From assembly GCA_043810925.1 (NCBI GenBank), contig JBDRNT010000048.1:1-30061 (forward strand): DNA of 30,061 nucleotides. Reading direction: 5' to 3'. The translations under genes were made by a program, and so were the position numbers. Source of the DNA: Candidatus Eiseniibacteriota bacterium (GTDB lineage Bacteria > Arandabacterota > Arandabacteria > Arandabacterales > Arandabacteraceae). The notes beneath the pieces were generated by a model that was given only the letters and a program-made list of their open reading frames with translations, was not told the origin of the DNA and did not search any database. Positions 1-9,128 of the stretch are shown piece after piece. Every line of letters begins with the position of its first letter. The first letter of the stretch is position 1.

Positions 1-140
1 TTCCTGAACTCATTGCTGCCATCGAAGAATTCATTGAGATCAACAATCAGAATCCAAAACCCTTTACATGGACCAAGAAAGTGGACGAGATATTGGAAAA
101 AGTCGGCCATTGTAAAGCCGTTATTGAGACACTACACTAG
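1..140 (+). mobile_element. Right end of an IS630-family insertion sequence
   Basis: The transposase stop lies inside the terminal sequence GAGACACTACACTAG (126-140), which ends in CTAG/TA as expected for IS630 ends and targets. The left end is not visible. Confidence 0.75.
3..140 (+). CDS. IS630-family transposase, C-terminal fragment (5' end outside window)
   Basis: Frame 3 reads PELIAAIEEFIEINNQNPKPFTWTKKVDEILEKVGHCKAVIETLH*. N..PKPFxWTK..DEIL is the typical IS630 transposase C-terminus. Not in the ORF track because it has no start codon in the window. Confidence 0.88.
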   Translation, partial: PELIAAIEEFIEINNQNPKPFTWTKKVDEILEKVGHCKAVIETLH

Positions 141-282
141 CGCGCAGTGCTTGGTTCGACGATTCAGTCTTTCACCTTTCCATCTCGGGAAAGTACTTGG
201 TCATCCGATTTGCTAACCGTCCCTACAGCACGACGTCGAACTCGACCAAGCGCGTACCAATCTTGGCTCATGACACGTACGC

Positions 283-1257
283 TTACATCCACTTCATTCG
301 TTTGAAGAGCCACACCTGCCCACCTGCGATGGCTGCTAACAGGACACAGAAAACGGTAAAGGCCCATGGATTTTCCGTTCCAGGAATACCGCCGATATTG
401 ATGCCCAATATCCCGGTCAGTAGGCCGAGTGGCAGGAAGATTCCCGCGACGATTGACAACACGTACATGGTCTTGTTCATTTGCTCCGCCAAACGGCCGT
501 TGAGTTCTTCCTGAGTCACGGTCGCCCGATCTCGTATAGCATCAAGGTCTTCAACATATCGCGTTGTGCGGTCGGCGATTTCTCTCAGGCGCATGCGCTC
601 CATCTCCCCAAGCCAATCAACTTTTTCGTTGTGTAGGCGCGCCATCACGTCCCGCTGTGGAGCGAGATACCGGCGCATGGCGATGGCAGCCCGGCGAATG
701 TTTGCGATTTTCTGGCGAAGTCCATAGCTCTGCTTGGTGAGCACTTCATCTTCGAGTGCGTCTACGGAGTCGTCCACGTCTGAGATGACACCACCCATCC
801 GCGAGACAAGGCGATCGCAAAGATCCTCCAAAAAGCTGCCGGGACTCACAGGGCCACTCCCGGCCTCAACGGCTTGATGCAGATCGTCGACCGCCATGAC
901 CCGACGGTGCCGCAACGTCACTATACGACTTGAATCGATCCAGAATCGAAGGGATATCATGTCTTCAGGATCCGTACCCGGATTGAGATTTACACCGCGC
1001 AGAATCACCAGCATTCCACCCTTGTGCACTAAGCTCCTGGGGCGCGTTTCCTCTGCCGTCAATGCTTCTACTATGACGGGGTCGATCCCACTTCTATCAC
1101 ACAGCCACTCCTTGGCGGCATTTCCAGTGTAGTCGAGGTGAATCCAGAGTGTACCGTCCTCAGGACTCCACTTCTTAACATCCTCGAAGTTGAGATCTCT
1201 ACCGCCGCCGCTTCCGTCCAGTGCGAAGGCAAAGACAAATCCGCTCCTGTCGTTCAC
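283..1257 (-). CDS. zntB: Zinc transporter ZntB (CorA family)
   Basis: LDGSGGG, WIHLD, ETRPR, LRGVNLNPG..PEDMISLR, and two C-terminal TM helices with FLPL..LTG.LGINIGGIP (ZntB-type G[VI]N rather than CorA GMN). Start moved to GTG 1257, which has AAGGAG 6 nt upstream (324 aa). Confidence 0.9.
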   Translation of the reverse strand: MNDRSGFVFAFALDGSGGGRDLNFEDVKKWSPEDGTLWIHLDYTGNAAKEWLCDRSGIDPVIVEALTAEETRPRSLVHKGGMLVILRGVNLNPGTDPEDMISLRFWIDSSRIVTLRHRRVMAVDDLHQAVEAGSGPVSPGSFLEDLCDRLVSRMGGVISDVDDSVDALEDEVLTKQSYGLRQKIANIRRAAIAMRRYLAPQRDVMARLHNEKVDWLGEMERMRLREIADRTTRYVEDLDAIRDRATVTQEELNGRLAEQMNKTMYVLSIVAGIFLPLGLLTGILGINIGGIPGTENPWAFTVFCVLLAAIAGGQVWLFKRMKWM

Positions 1258-1354
1258 AGTTTGCTCCTTTTGCATAAATACGGCTAATATGGTTTCAGAA
1301 TTACAGCTTTTGGCTGTCGACTTAGCCGGGTAAGAACTCACCTTGTGTACTATG

Positions 1355-1383
1355 CAAGTACCATACTCTCAGGCACTTGTCAA
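1355..1383 (-). promoter_or_regulatory. Candidate sigma70 promoter for zntB
   Basis: Perfect TTGACA (1383-1378), 17-nt spacer, imperfect -10 TACTTG preceded by TGG. Overlaps a GTACT-N5-AGTAC palindrome. Confidence 0.4.
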
Positions 1384-1696
1384 GAAACCTGCCAATTGCT
1401 TATAGCCTTACGCGGTTTCCAGACAGAATCTCACTGCTCTTGGTCAAACCGAGCCCGCGATCACACTCATTGACAGGTTCCCCACGGGTCCCGAGCTGTA
1501 CCATAGGCAGAACCTTCAGGGTTGTGTTCGAACTGTGATCTGACTCTCCGGGCAAGTGTCCCAGAGCGTGGTTCTGTGGGATGGTCTGGCGATTTCGACA
1601 AAGAGGATTCCAGGCCGCCGGACTGTAAACGCTAGAGGTCCCAGCCGCTGGGCGCGATTGTTGGGGGAAAAGCCGCGTGATGTACGGGCAGGCCAG

Positions 1697-3487
1697 TTAG
1701 AATGCCTGGCCCACACTGAAATGGAATCTGGTTCCGGGTTCGCCGTTCCTGGGATCGAGGTTCACTCCAAGGTCGCCCCGCAATATGCCGATCGGGGTAT
1801 TGATCCTGAGCCCCGTGCCGACGGAGATGCGATAGTCCCGGGGATGGAAGCTTTGAATGTGGTACCATACGTTTCCAATGTCTACGAACAGAACCAGCCC
1901 TATCATCCTATAGACGTCCTGGCGGACCTCGACCAAGTTAAGCACCGACTTGAACAGGCCCCCGACCGGCGTACCCCGTCGGTCCAGGGGACCGGCATGC
2001 TGATACCTGAATCCCCTGAGCGAGTTGGGTCCGCCTGCATAGAAGCGCTCCCCAAGCGGTATTTCCTCTGTCCCGCGCAGGCGGTCCATCCATCCGGCCT
2101 CGAAAGCTGAGGCCAGGGTCGTTGTCGAGGTCAAACAACGGAAATACCTCATCTGAAAACTGGACCTGGCAAAGCTGTTTGTTCCTCCGAAAATCACTCC
2201 CGTCAGTTCTCCATTCAACTCGAGATAAATGCCACTGGTAGGGTTGGAAAGGACGTTGCGCGTGTCATGAATTAGTGATAGACCAAGGGATCTGAGATTG
2301 GCCCTAAGATCCTCCGGGACCTCAGCAACGTCGACCTGGACAAGATTGTCATCCGTGTACTTGAAGCCGAGTGAAGCCCGGGAGCGTTCGCGCAATGCCC
2401 GGCCGAGGGAGATCTTCGCGGCCTTACGTTCCAGTTCATAGCCGGGTTCATCCAGGTATGCGTAACTCATATTCAAATCCGACCGTACCCGACTTCCGAG
2501 TGTGCGCGGCTCGGTGAAGGACATCTCCACTCCGCGCCTGATAAGACTTGCCTCGCAGACCACCCCGGCCTTCATTGCCGTCCCCGCTATGTTGCTGTTG
2601 GAGATCTCGGTAGACCCACGCAAACGCTCTTCGGTTCCGTATCCTATCCCGGCGGTGAACTCCATCGACTGCTGTTCGACCACTTCTATCAGAATGTCTT
2701 TCGTGGCACTATCCCCGCTGCTCGGCACCTGGGGCCTAATAAACACGCTCTGAAAGAGACCTGTCATATATAGACGGCGTTGAGACCTGAGAATCTCGGA
2801 GTATTTGATCACATCTCCGGGTTTCAACGACAGCTCCCGCAGGACCACGCTCTTTTTAGTCTTCCTGAGCGTATCGATCCGGACGTCTGCAATCCGGAAC
2901 TGATCGCTTTCTTTAATCAGCAAGTCAACTATGGCCAGGTTTGTCTCCGGATTGGTCTGGATGTCCGGTCTGACCTCGGCCTCGATGTAACCCCGATCTG
3001 CATACATGGTCATGATGCCCGTCACAGCGCTGTCGATGCTCTTCGCCTTAAGAGCATCCCCTGCACGAACGGCAGTCTTCTCGAGAAGCAAATCATCGGG
3101 GAACGCTCTGTTCCCGAATACTGTGATTCTCTCCACCCGCGTGAGCGCACCTTCGGAGATCCGGATGCGAATTCTCACTTCATTACTCGTGGAATCCATA
3201 TCGACGTCATACCCGTCCACTGCGGCCTGGAGGTAACCCTGGCGCTTGTAAAAACGCTCCACACTCTTAATGTCGTTTTCGAGCACTGTGGGATGGTACG
3301 GAGAGGGATACAGGAATCGTGACGGACGGATGACCAACAGCCCTTTCAACTCCTTTTCAGTTATCGAGTGATTGCCTTCAAATGATACCGATGCCACGGT
3401 CCACTTCTCGGAGGCCTCCGCATGGGGACCGGCGGCAAAGGCGGTCACGATACACAGCACCAAGAGGATATGCGCAAGATGTCTCAT
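1697..3487 (-). CDS. tamA: Omp85-family outer-membrane insertase (TamA/BamA-like): 3 POTRA domains plus beta-barrel
   Basis: Signal peptide; three POTRA-like repeats (V.FEGN, I.V.GN, V.I..LRKTK); RFYAGG..SLRGF lid motif; C-terminal FHFSVGQAF. ATG 3487 overlaps the upstream TGA (TGATG). Adjacent to a tamB-like gene. Confidence 0.82.
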   Translation of the reverse strand: MRHLAHILLVLCIVTAFAAGPHAEASEKWTVASVSFEGNHSITEKELKGLLVIRPSRFLYPSPYHPTVLENDIKSVERFYKRQGYLQAAVDGYDVDMDSTSNEVRIRIRISEGALTRVERITVFGNRAFPDDLLLEKTAVRAGDALKAKSIDSAVTGIMTMYADRGYIEAEVRPDIQTNPETNLAIVDLLIKESDQFRIADVRIDTLRKTKKSVVLRELSLKPGDVIKYSEILRSQRRLYMTGLFQSVFIRPQVPSSGDSATKDILIEVVEQQSMEFTAGIGYGTEERLRGSTEISNSNIAGTAMKAGVVCEASLIRRGVEMSFTEPRTLGSRVRSDLNMSYAYLDEPGYELERKAAKISLGRALRERSRASLGFKYTDDNLVQVDVAEVPEDLRANLRSLGLSLIHDTRNVLSNPTSGIYLELNGELTGVIFGGTNSFARSSFQMRYFRCLTSTTTLASAFEAGWMDRLRGTEEIPLGERFYAGGPNSLRGFRYQHAGPLDRRGTPVGGLFKSVLNLVEVRQDVYRMIGLVLFVDIGNVWYHIQSFHPRDYRISVGTGLRINTPIGILRGDLGVNLDPRNGEPGTRFHFSVGQAF

Positions 3488-6400
3488 CAACGGAACTTCA
3501 CCTTGTACTTGAGATCTATTCCGGCGTTGCCACGCTGGTCGGTCTCCCCCTGGAGCGAGAAGCGCCGGCTTAGACGGTAGTCCATCCTGATTCTATTCTC
3601 GTTGAAATGGCCGATGTTTGTGGAATAGGTAACCTCCACTCTTTCGTAGAGATCCTTGGAAGCGACCAGGAAGGCTCCCTGATCCCCACGCGGATTGAAG
3701 AGGTTGCCCTCAATGGACAGGTCCTTCAGGCCCATAAGATCCGCCACACTGCGCGTAACGTAACCTGATACCACCCTGCCGGTCAGCTCCTCCGCCCTTA
3801 CTCTCAAGACTTCCCCGGTCGTGGGGCCACCGTTATCGGGGCCGGCCAGCTGATCCCTGGTGACACCCAGAGTGAGAAGGCTCAGAATATTACTCCTGTC
3901 GAGCGGGGGATCGGAAGTCAGGTCCACCCGAACCTCGTCAAGTGAACCTGCGATATCAAGGTTGACTGTGTAGGCTGTGGTCTGGAGTGCTTTATAGGCT
4001 CTCACCCTGCTCTGGGCCCGCAGGTCGATCATAGGATTCAGGCGATCTCTTTCGACGAAGTCGACTGTGCCCCTTGCGATTTCAAACTTACGGTCGAGGA
4101 ACTTGACATAACCTTCCTCTACAGAAACTCTCCCGGTCGCGCTGGGTTGGGAAGGAGATCCAACCAGGTTCAGTTCCGCGTGCGACCTGATCCGGGCGAC
4201 GTTGTTGTCGACCCAAAGATCCTTGCTGTCTCTGAGTCGAACGTCGAAACTTGTCTCGCTAAGAACCGCCGGTAGTTCCTGTTCGGGCTTCCTCACTGAC
4301 CTGGCAAAGGGCAGGATCGATTTCGGATCGAAATCCATAACAAACCGGCTTTCCCCCATGACGACATCACCATCGAGGAGGTATCTGTTCTCTCTTCCCG
4401 CGTACCTGAGGTCAGCTGATTCGACAAGGGCAACGAACACCTTGGGGCGCGTGAAGTTAAGCCTGGACACCTTCGCCACGACTGAGATCTCGCTCAGCTG
4501 TCCGTTATGATGACTCAGCGAACCCGATGCGAGGACGGAACCTTCGCCAACACGGGCGAATACAGAATCAATACCGACGACTGTGTCCTGGAATCTGAGC
4601 TTCACCACCCCATCCGTGAGAGGCGGACTGAACTCCGGGGACTCGAGATAGAGACCCCGGATCACCATCGTACCCCGGATGCGGGGGGCCTTGACAGGGC
4701 CGACAAGAAAGATGTCGGCGGTCAGTGTTCCTAATAGCCGGGTTACCGCCGATGACAGGGGCTCGAAGACCTCAAGCCCGAGGTGATCGATACGTGCAAT
4801 GAGATCGAGAGACTCCGGGGAGAGCGTTCCAAGAGCGGTTACCTGGCCGTAGGCAGCCAATGAAACCTTCGCATCTAAGGCGAATTCACGCCAGTCGCGG
4901 CTGACGATCCGAGCCTGAACGTTAAAAGGAGTATCCTTAATGTTGCCCATCAGGCGATCCACCGAGAGAACCGAGTCCATCAAGACCACCGCCATATTCA
5001 CGTCGGTTACCGCAGGGACACCTTCTTTCACCCTGAGACCGCCGCCTTCGAGTGATATCATGCCTTCGGGCCGTGGAGCTCGCAGCGTACCGTCCCACCT
5101 GAGGTCATATGACATGAGGCCGTCCACCCCGGCATGCCGGCTGAGCAGGGGGCTCAAGAACCGCAGGTCGAGGTCGTCTCCGCGGGCCCAGCCTTTGAAT
5201 GCACTCTCTTCAGACGCTGTATAGCCTGCACTGGGGCTCGCATCCAGGGCCAAGGTTGCGGCCACCGTATAGGTTTTCTCACCGAGATGCGCTTTCAGTC
5301 TCTCGAGTCGAAGCTCACTGTCGGCGACATTCACAACTCCCGTAAGCGAGTCGATGGAAACAGGACCGTATCCGGGAGCACTGACATTGAAAACGACACG
5401 CGCTTCAGGCCGTCTTAGCGGCCCTGAAACATGACCGGTGAGATTGAGCGTACCAGCTGCAGCAGTGTCTCCCGTCACGATCGAGTAGAGTGAGCGCAGG
5501 TTGATGCTGCTTGCGACAAGCAGCGCTGCGATGTCGGACTCATCGGAGAGATCGAAGTGGGTGACAACCTTGCCGGCCAGTTCTCCGTGGTCACCCCTCT
5601 CCCCGAACTCGTATAGGTCTTCACCGAGCATTTCCGTGCTGTCCTTGATATCAGATGACATTTCGTAGACTTCCACTGCCACCTCGCCGGCTGATGAGGC
5701 GATCCGATAGCTGCCCGTGGCCTTAACCAGAAGGGAGTCACGGCGAATCTCTAGAGCCTTAAGGTCAATTCGTCTGTTGTCGAGCGAAATCCACAGATTT
5801 CCTTGATCGAGCCGTGTCTTCCCGTATTGAAAGCCTTTAGATGATGCCCGCACATCCCCGCTGGGACTGTCCAACGGTCCGCTTACGTAGCCTTGGTATT
5901 CCAGGCTTCCAGTCAGGCCGCGGAGTCCAAATGGCGGTGCCAGTGTATCCACCCAAGCAAGACTACCGGCAAACCTGAGGTCCGAGAGACTGATCACTCC
6001 AACGTCGTAGTGGACGGCGCCCCTGATCGTGTCGACCGGGAAGTTACGATACTGGATGCTCGCGGACTTAATATCGACGCTCGCCAAGAGCGAGTCCAAG
6101 GGTCCATGCACCCGGCCGCGCAGTTCGACTCGACCGGCGAGGTCGGGGATAAACATCCCGACCAGCGGTTCCAACTCGGGTATGTTAGCAATGAAACGCC
6201 CATCAATACTCCGTTCCTTGATTGCCACCTTCCCCGCTATGATGGATTTGCCCTGTCGGAGTTCAAAGTCGCCGTCACCGTTCTTATATCTGAGCTGGAT
6301 CGCGACAGAAGGAACCGGAGTCCTTTTGTACACAGGCTGCTCGACCGCAAGATCGCCACTTACCGCCCAGGATTCAAGAATACGCGCCCTCCCGGACGCT

Positions 6401-7590
6401 GTCACCCTGCCCTTGATTCTGCCATCGTATAATGGGCTCCCCGGGGACACCATCTGCTGGACCTGGCGAATATCGATGCCGTCCATGAGCACTGACGCCT
6501 CGAAACTCAGAAGACTATCCAGAAGAATCCCGGCCCTCGCGACAAGCTGGCCACCGAAAATCTCGACCTGTAGTTCGTCGATCCCTATGGATTCCGGCCT
6601 GGCCGATGCCCGCACGCGGACCTCAGGAACATGCAGATTCTCTATGTCCAGACCGGCGATTTTAAGATCACACCTGGCCCGTGGTTCTTCCATTGAGCCT
6701 TCAAGGTTCAGGGCAAGATCGAGCTGACCGCCGATCGCAATCGTCGTATCTGCAACCTGTTCGACCAGTCTCCGAACAAGAGCACCGGGGTCCCCCATGA
6801 TATGTATCCGCCCAGAGAGCGAGCCGGGTCCACCGTCCTGAAGAATCTCCGCTTGGCCCACGACGGAGAGATTGGGCAAGAGCATCTTCACTGAGTGCAC
6901 TTGCAGGCGGCTGGGTGCCCAAGCACCCACAAGTTCAATGTCGGATATGCCGACCGCGATATCTGAGTATTGGGTCGTGACTGTGTCTATCCCGACGCGA
7001 TATATATAGCGGTTATTGCCGTCACCGCTGACCTCTGCATTGATATCCATCGCAAGTGCTTCGATATGGGGGTGAGACTCGTCCAAGTAAAGGAAGCGAG
7101 AGTCGGTCAGATCTGCACCGCTCAAAACGACCGTAAATGCCGAACCCTCTGCTGCTGAGGTGTCCCCGGCCTCGTCTCTTTCGAGAAACGGGAAGTCATA
7201 GGTACCCAGGCTGTCCTTCCTGATCGTCAGCGACAAACCATCGACGTTCAGACTGTGAATCGTGACGCGGCGTCGGATGAGATCACTCAGTTCATAATCC
7301 ATTCGCACAGAGCGAATCTGCAGTGAGTGGACCCTATCAGCGTCCTGGACTTGATAGGCTGCCAGATCCGCGATCTCCAGCCTGGATGCGAGATTGGTTT
7401 CAAGATAGCCAATGCTCACTTCTTGGCCCAGCAGGGCCGAAAGGTACTTTTCAGCCAGACGCTTCAAGAGCCTTTCGCCCGGACCGAGAGTCAAGATAAC
7501 AAGAAAGACTGAAACGGCCCCGAAAGAGGCGAAGACTACGACTCCGAACCGCCGCAACCAGGTTTGTCTCGGTGAACGCTTGGGTCTCAT
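3487..7590 (-). CDS. tamB: TamB/AsmA-family translocation and assembly protein (DUF490-like C-terminus)
   Basis: 1367 aa; N-terminal basic stretch plus TM anchor; long amphipathic beta repeats; C-terminal F.I.RG.VDF..NP..DL.A, LTSDPPL, and ...DYRLSRRFSL.G....G.DLKYKVKFR. Confidence 0.85.
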   Translation of the reverse strand: MRPKRSPRQTWLRRFGVVVFASFGAVSVFLVILTLGPGERLLKRLAEKYLSALLGQEVSIGYLETNLASRLEIADLAAYQVQDADRVHSLQIRSVRMDYELSDLIRRRVTIHSLNVDGLSLTIRKDSLGTYDFPFLERDEAGDTSAAEGSAFTVVLSGADLTDSRFLYLDESHPHIEALAMDINAEVSGDGNNRYIYRVGIDTVTTQYSDIAVGISDIELVGAWAPSRLQVHSVKMLLPNLSVVGQAEILQDGGPGSLSGRIHIMGDPGALVRRLVEQVADTTIAIGGQLDLALNLEGSMEEPRARCDLKIAGLDIENLHVPEVRVRASARPESIGIDELQVEIFGGQLVARAGILLDSLLSFEASVLMDGIDIRQVQQMVSPGSPLYDGRIKGRVTASGRARILESWAVSGDLAVEQPVYKRTPVPSVAIQLRYKNGDGDFELRQGKSIIAGKVAIKERSIDGRFIANIPELEPLVGMFIPDLAGRVELRGRVHGPLDSLLASVDIKSASIQYRNFPVDTIRGAVHYDVGVISLSDLRFAGSLAWVDTLAPPFGLRGLTGSLEYQGYVSGPLDSPSGDVRASSKGFQYGKTRLDQGNLWISLDNRRIDLKALEIRRDSLLVKATGSYRIASSAGEVAVEVYEMSSDIKDSTEMLGEDLYEFGERGDHGELAGKVVTHFDLSDESDIAALLVASSINLRSLYSIVTGDTAAAGTLNLTGHVSGPLRRPEARVVFNVSAPGYGPVSIDSLTGVVNVADSELRLERLKAHLGEKTYTVAATLALDASPSAGYTASEESAFKGWARGDDLDLRFLSPLLSRHAGVDGLMSYDLRWDGTLRAPRPEGMISLEGGGLRVKEGVPAVTDVNMAVVLMDSVLSVDRLMGNIKDTPFNVQARIVSRDWREFALDAKVSLAAYGQVTALGTLSPESLDLIARIDHLGLEVFEPLSSAVTRLLGTLTADIFLVGPVKAPRIRGTMVIRGLYLESPEFSPPLTDGVVKLRFQDTVVGIDSVFARVGEGSVLASGSLSHHNGQLSEISVVAKVSRLNFTRPKVFVALVESADLRYAGRENRYLLDGDVVMGESRFVMDFDPKSILPFARSVRKPEQELPAVLSETSFDVRLRDSKDLWVDNNVARIRSHAELNLVGSPSQPSATGRVSVEEGYVKFLDRKFEIARGTVDFVERDRLNPMIDLRAQSRVRAYKALQTTAYTVNLDIAGSLDEVRVDLTSDPPLDRSNILSLLTLGVTRDQLAGPDNGGPTTGEVLRVRAEELTGRVVSGYVTRSVADLMGLKDLSIEGNLFNPRGDQGAFLVASKDLYERVEVTYSTNIGHFNENRIRMDYRLSRRFSLQGETDQRGNAGIDLKYKVKFR

Positions 7591-7680
7591 ATCACATCCG
7601 CTTCCCCCAAGTCTGAGTTAAACTCCTGTCCAACCCTAGAGCAAGTGGTATGTTTGGTTGCTTCTCGAATCTGACCGGTG

Positions 7681-8999
7681 GTCAGCACAGGATTGGAATT
7701 GAGTGACTTGCGTAAGTTTGCCAAGGACGAGAACCATACCATAGTCGGCGAGTACGTGGACAACGGGTACTCTGGGGAACTGCTGGCCAGGCCCGACCTC
7801 GACAGGCTCAGAAATGATGCAAGGAAGGGCCTATAGGACGGGATCGCGGTGCACTCTCCGGATCTGTTTTCGAGGAAGTTCGTACACCTCTGTCTGCTGA
7901 GAGATGAACTGGCCAAGTGCGGTGTCAAGATAATCCATCTCAACAGACCGGACCGGAAGGACACACCCGAGGAGAATCTGCTCGAGAATGTCGAGGGTGT
8001 GGTAGCCGAGTATATGAAGGCAAAAATACTCGAGACTACGCGACGAGGGAAACTTCATAAGGCAAAAAGTGGTTTACTCCTTGGCGGTAGGGCACCCTAT
8101 GGTTACCGGTACATACCTGGAGATAGAAATAAGAACGCACTCGGACACTAGGAGATCGTCGGCAAGGAGGCAGAGATCGTGAAGCTGATATTCCGTTTGT
8201 TTGTGGAGGATCTTCTGTCAATGAGGGGAATAGCCAAGGAACTGACAAGGCGAGGCATCGCGCACTACAACAAACATATCCGTGCGGAAGCCGGTCGGAA
8301 TGGGGATCGGGGCACATACAAGAGGGCCAAGAACACGAGTACCAGATTGAGACCTCGGGGCGAATGGGTGAGGATCGACTTGCCCGATGAGCTCAGGATA
8401 ATAGACGGCCAGACCTTCGATAAGACACAGAGGCAACTTGCGGTCAAGCCAGTGCCGTGAGGGCAGAAATCCTTGAACCGACTGTCTGGCAGAAGCTAAG
8501 CGAGGCCATAAAGAATCCGCAGCTGATTACACGGCAGATTGCCAAGCTCAAGGATAAGCATCTTGATGGCAAGAGCACCATCAGGAAGGATCTTGAGAGC
8601 ACAGATAGGGACTTGAAGAACACGGATAGGGAAGAAAGTCGGTTGCTTGATGCCTACAGAGAGAATGTCATTTCAATGGACCAGTTAAAAAACCAGATGT
8701 CTGAGGTACGAGATAAGAAGAAACGCCTCGATGAGGAGAGGCTGGCCCTGTTGGCCAGACTTGAGACCAGCCGATCTCAGATAGTGGATATGAACGACGT
8801 GGAGCAGGTTTGCAGGAGGATAGGCGAGCACCTCGATAGCATCAGGGACAACTTCGAGGCCAGGCAGCTCATACTTACCCTCCTCGTAACCAAGATCATC
8901 GTGCATAGCAGGATGGTCAGGATCAGAGGCGTGATACCCACCTACTACCCGCAACACGAGCCCACCACAGCAGCTAACATCGAGTTCCCAACGTCTTGA
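7681..8999 (+). pseudogene. Decayed large serine recombinase (resolvase + recombinase + coiled coil)
   Basis: Frame 1 reads EYVDNGYSG.LLARPDLDRLRNDA..G, SPD..SRK, G..AEY..AKI.E.TRRGK..KA..G, PYGY, EAEIVK.IF..F. In-frame TAG stops at 7834 and 8149; frameshift near 8457 into the coiled-coil C-terminus. No start codon or intact YxRVS motif. Confidence 0.88.
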
Positions 9000-9099
9000 T
9001 GACAGGTCCACCGGCAGCGAGACAGGAGTGAATCCCGGCCTGCGGCAGCGGGGAACCCAACATGGGCACGAAAGGAGTATGCCATCGGCAGGAATAATC

Positions 9100-9108
9100 T
9101 GGTATATT
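9100..9108 (+). promoter_or_regulatory. Candidate extended -10 element (TGgTATATT)
   Basis: TGn-TAnnnT about 20 nt upstream of the sulfatase start. The same pattern recurs upstream of other transcription units here. Confidence 0.35.
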
Positions 9109-9128
9109 TGTCGATGGAGGAGAATTCA

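Noticed and set aside
1400-1450. - strand ACCAAGAGCAGTGAG...GAAACC, loosely like a SAM-I riboswitch start
   Set aside because: Lacks the AUC, GAGGGA, GCAACC and closing GAU elements, and the downstream gene is unrelated to sulfur metabolism.
1630-1670. - strand CCCCAAC-AATCG-CGCCCAGC after the tamA stop, attC-like
   Set aside because: No matching GTT R' arm at a suitable distance.
7834-8151. Two in-frame TAGs in the recombinase, both where Tyr would fit, suggesting amber recoding or pyrrolysine
   Set aside because: TAG ends several intact genes here (sulfatase, TPR protein, peptidase, kinase), and the same gene also has a frameshift and deletions. Ordinary decay explains it.
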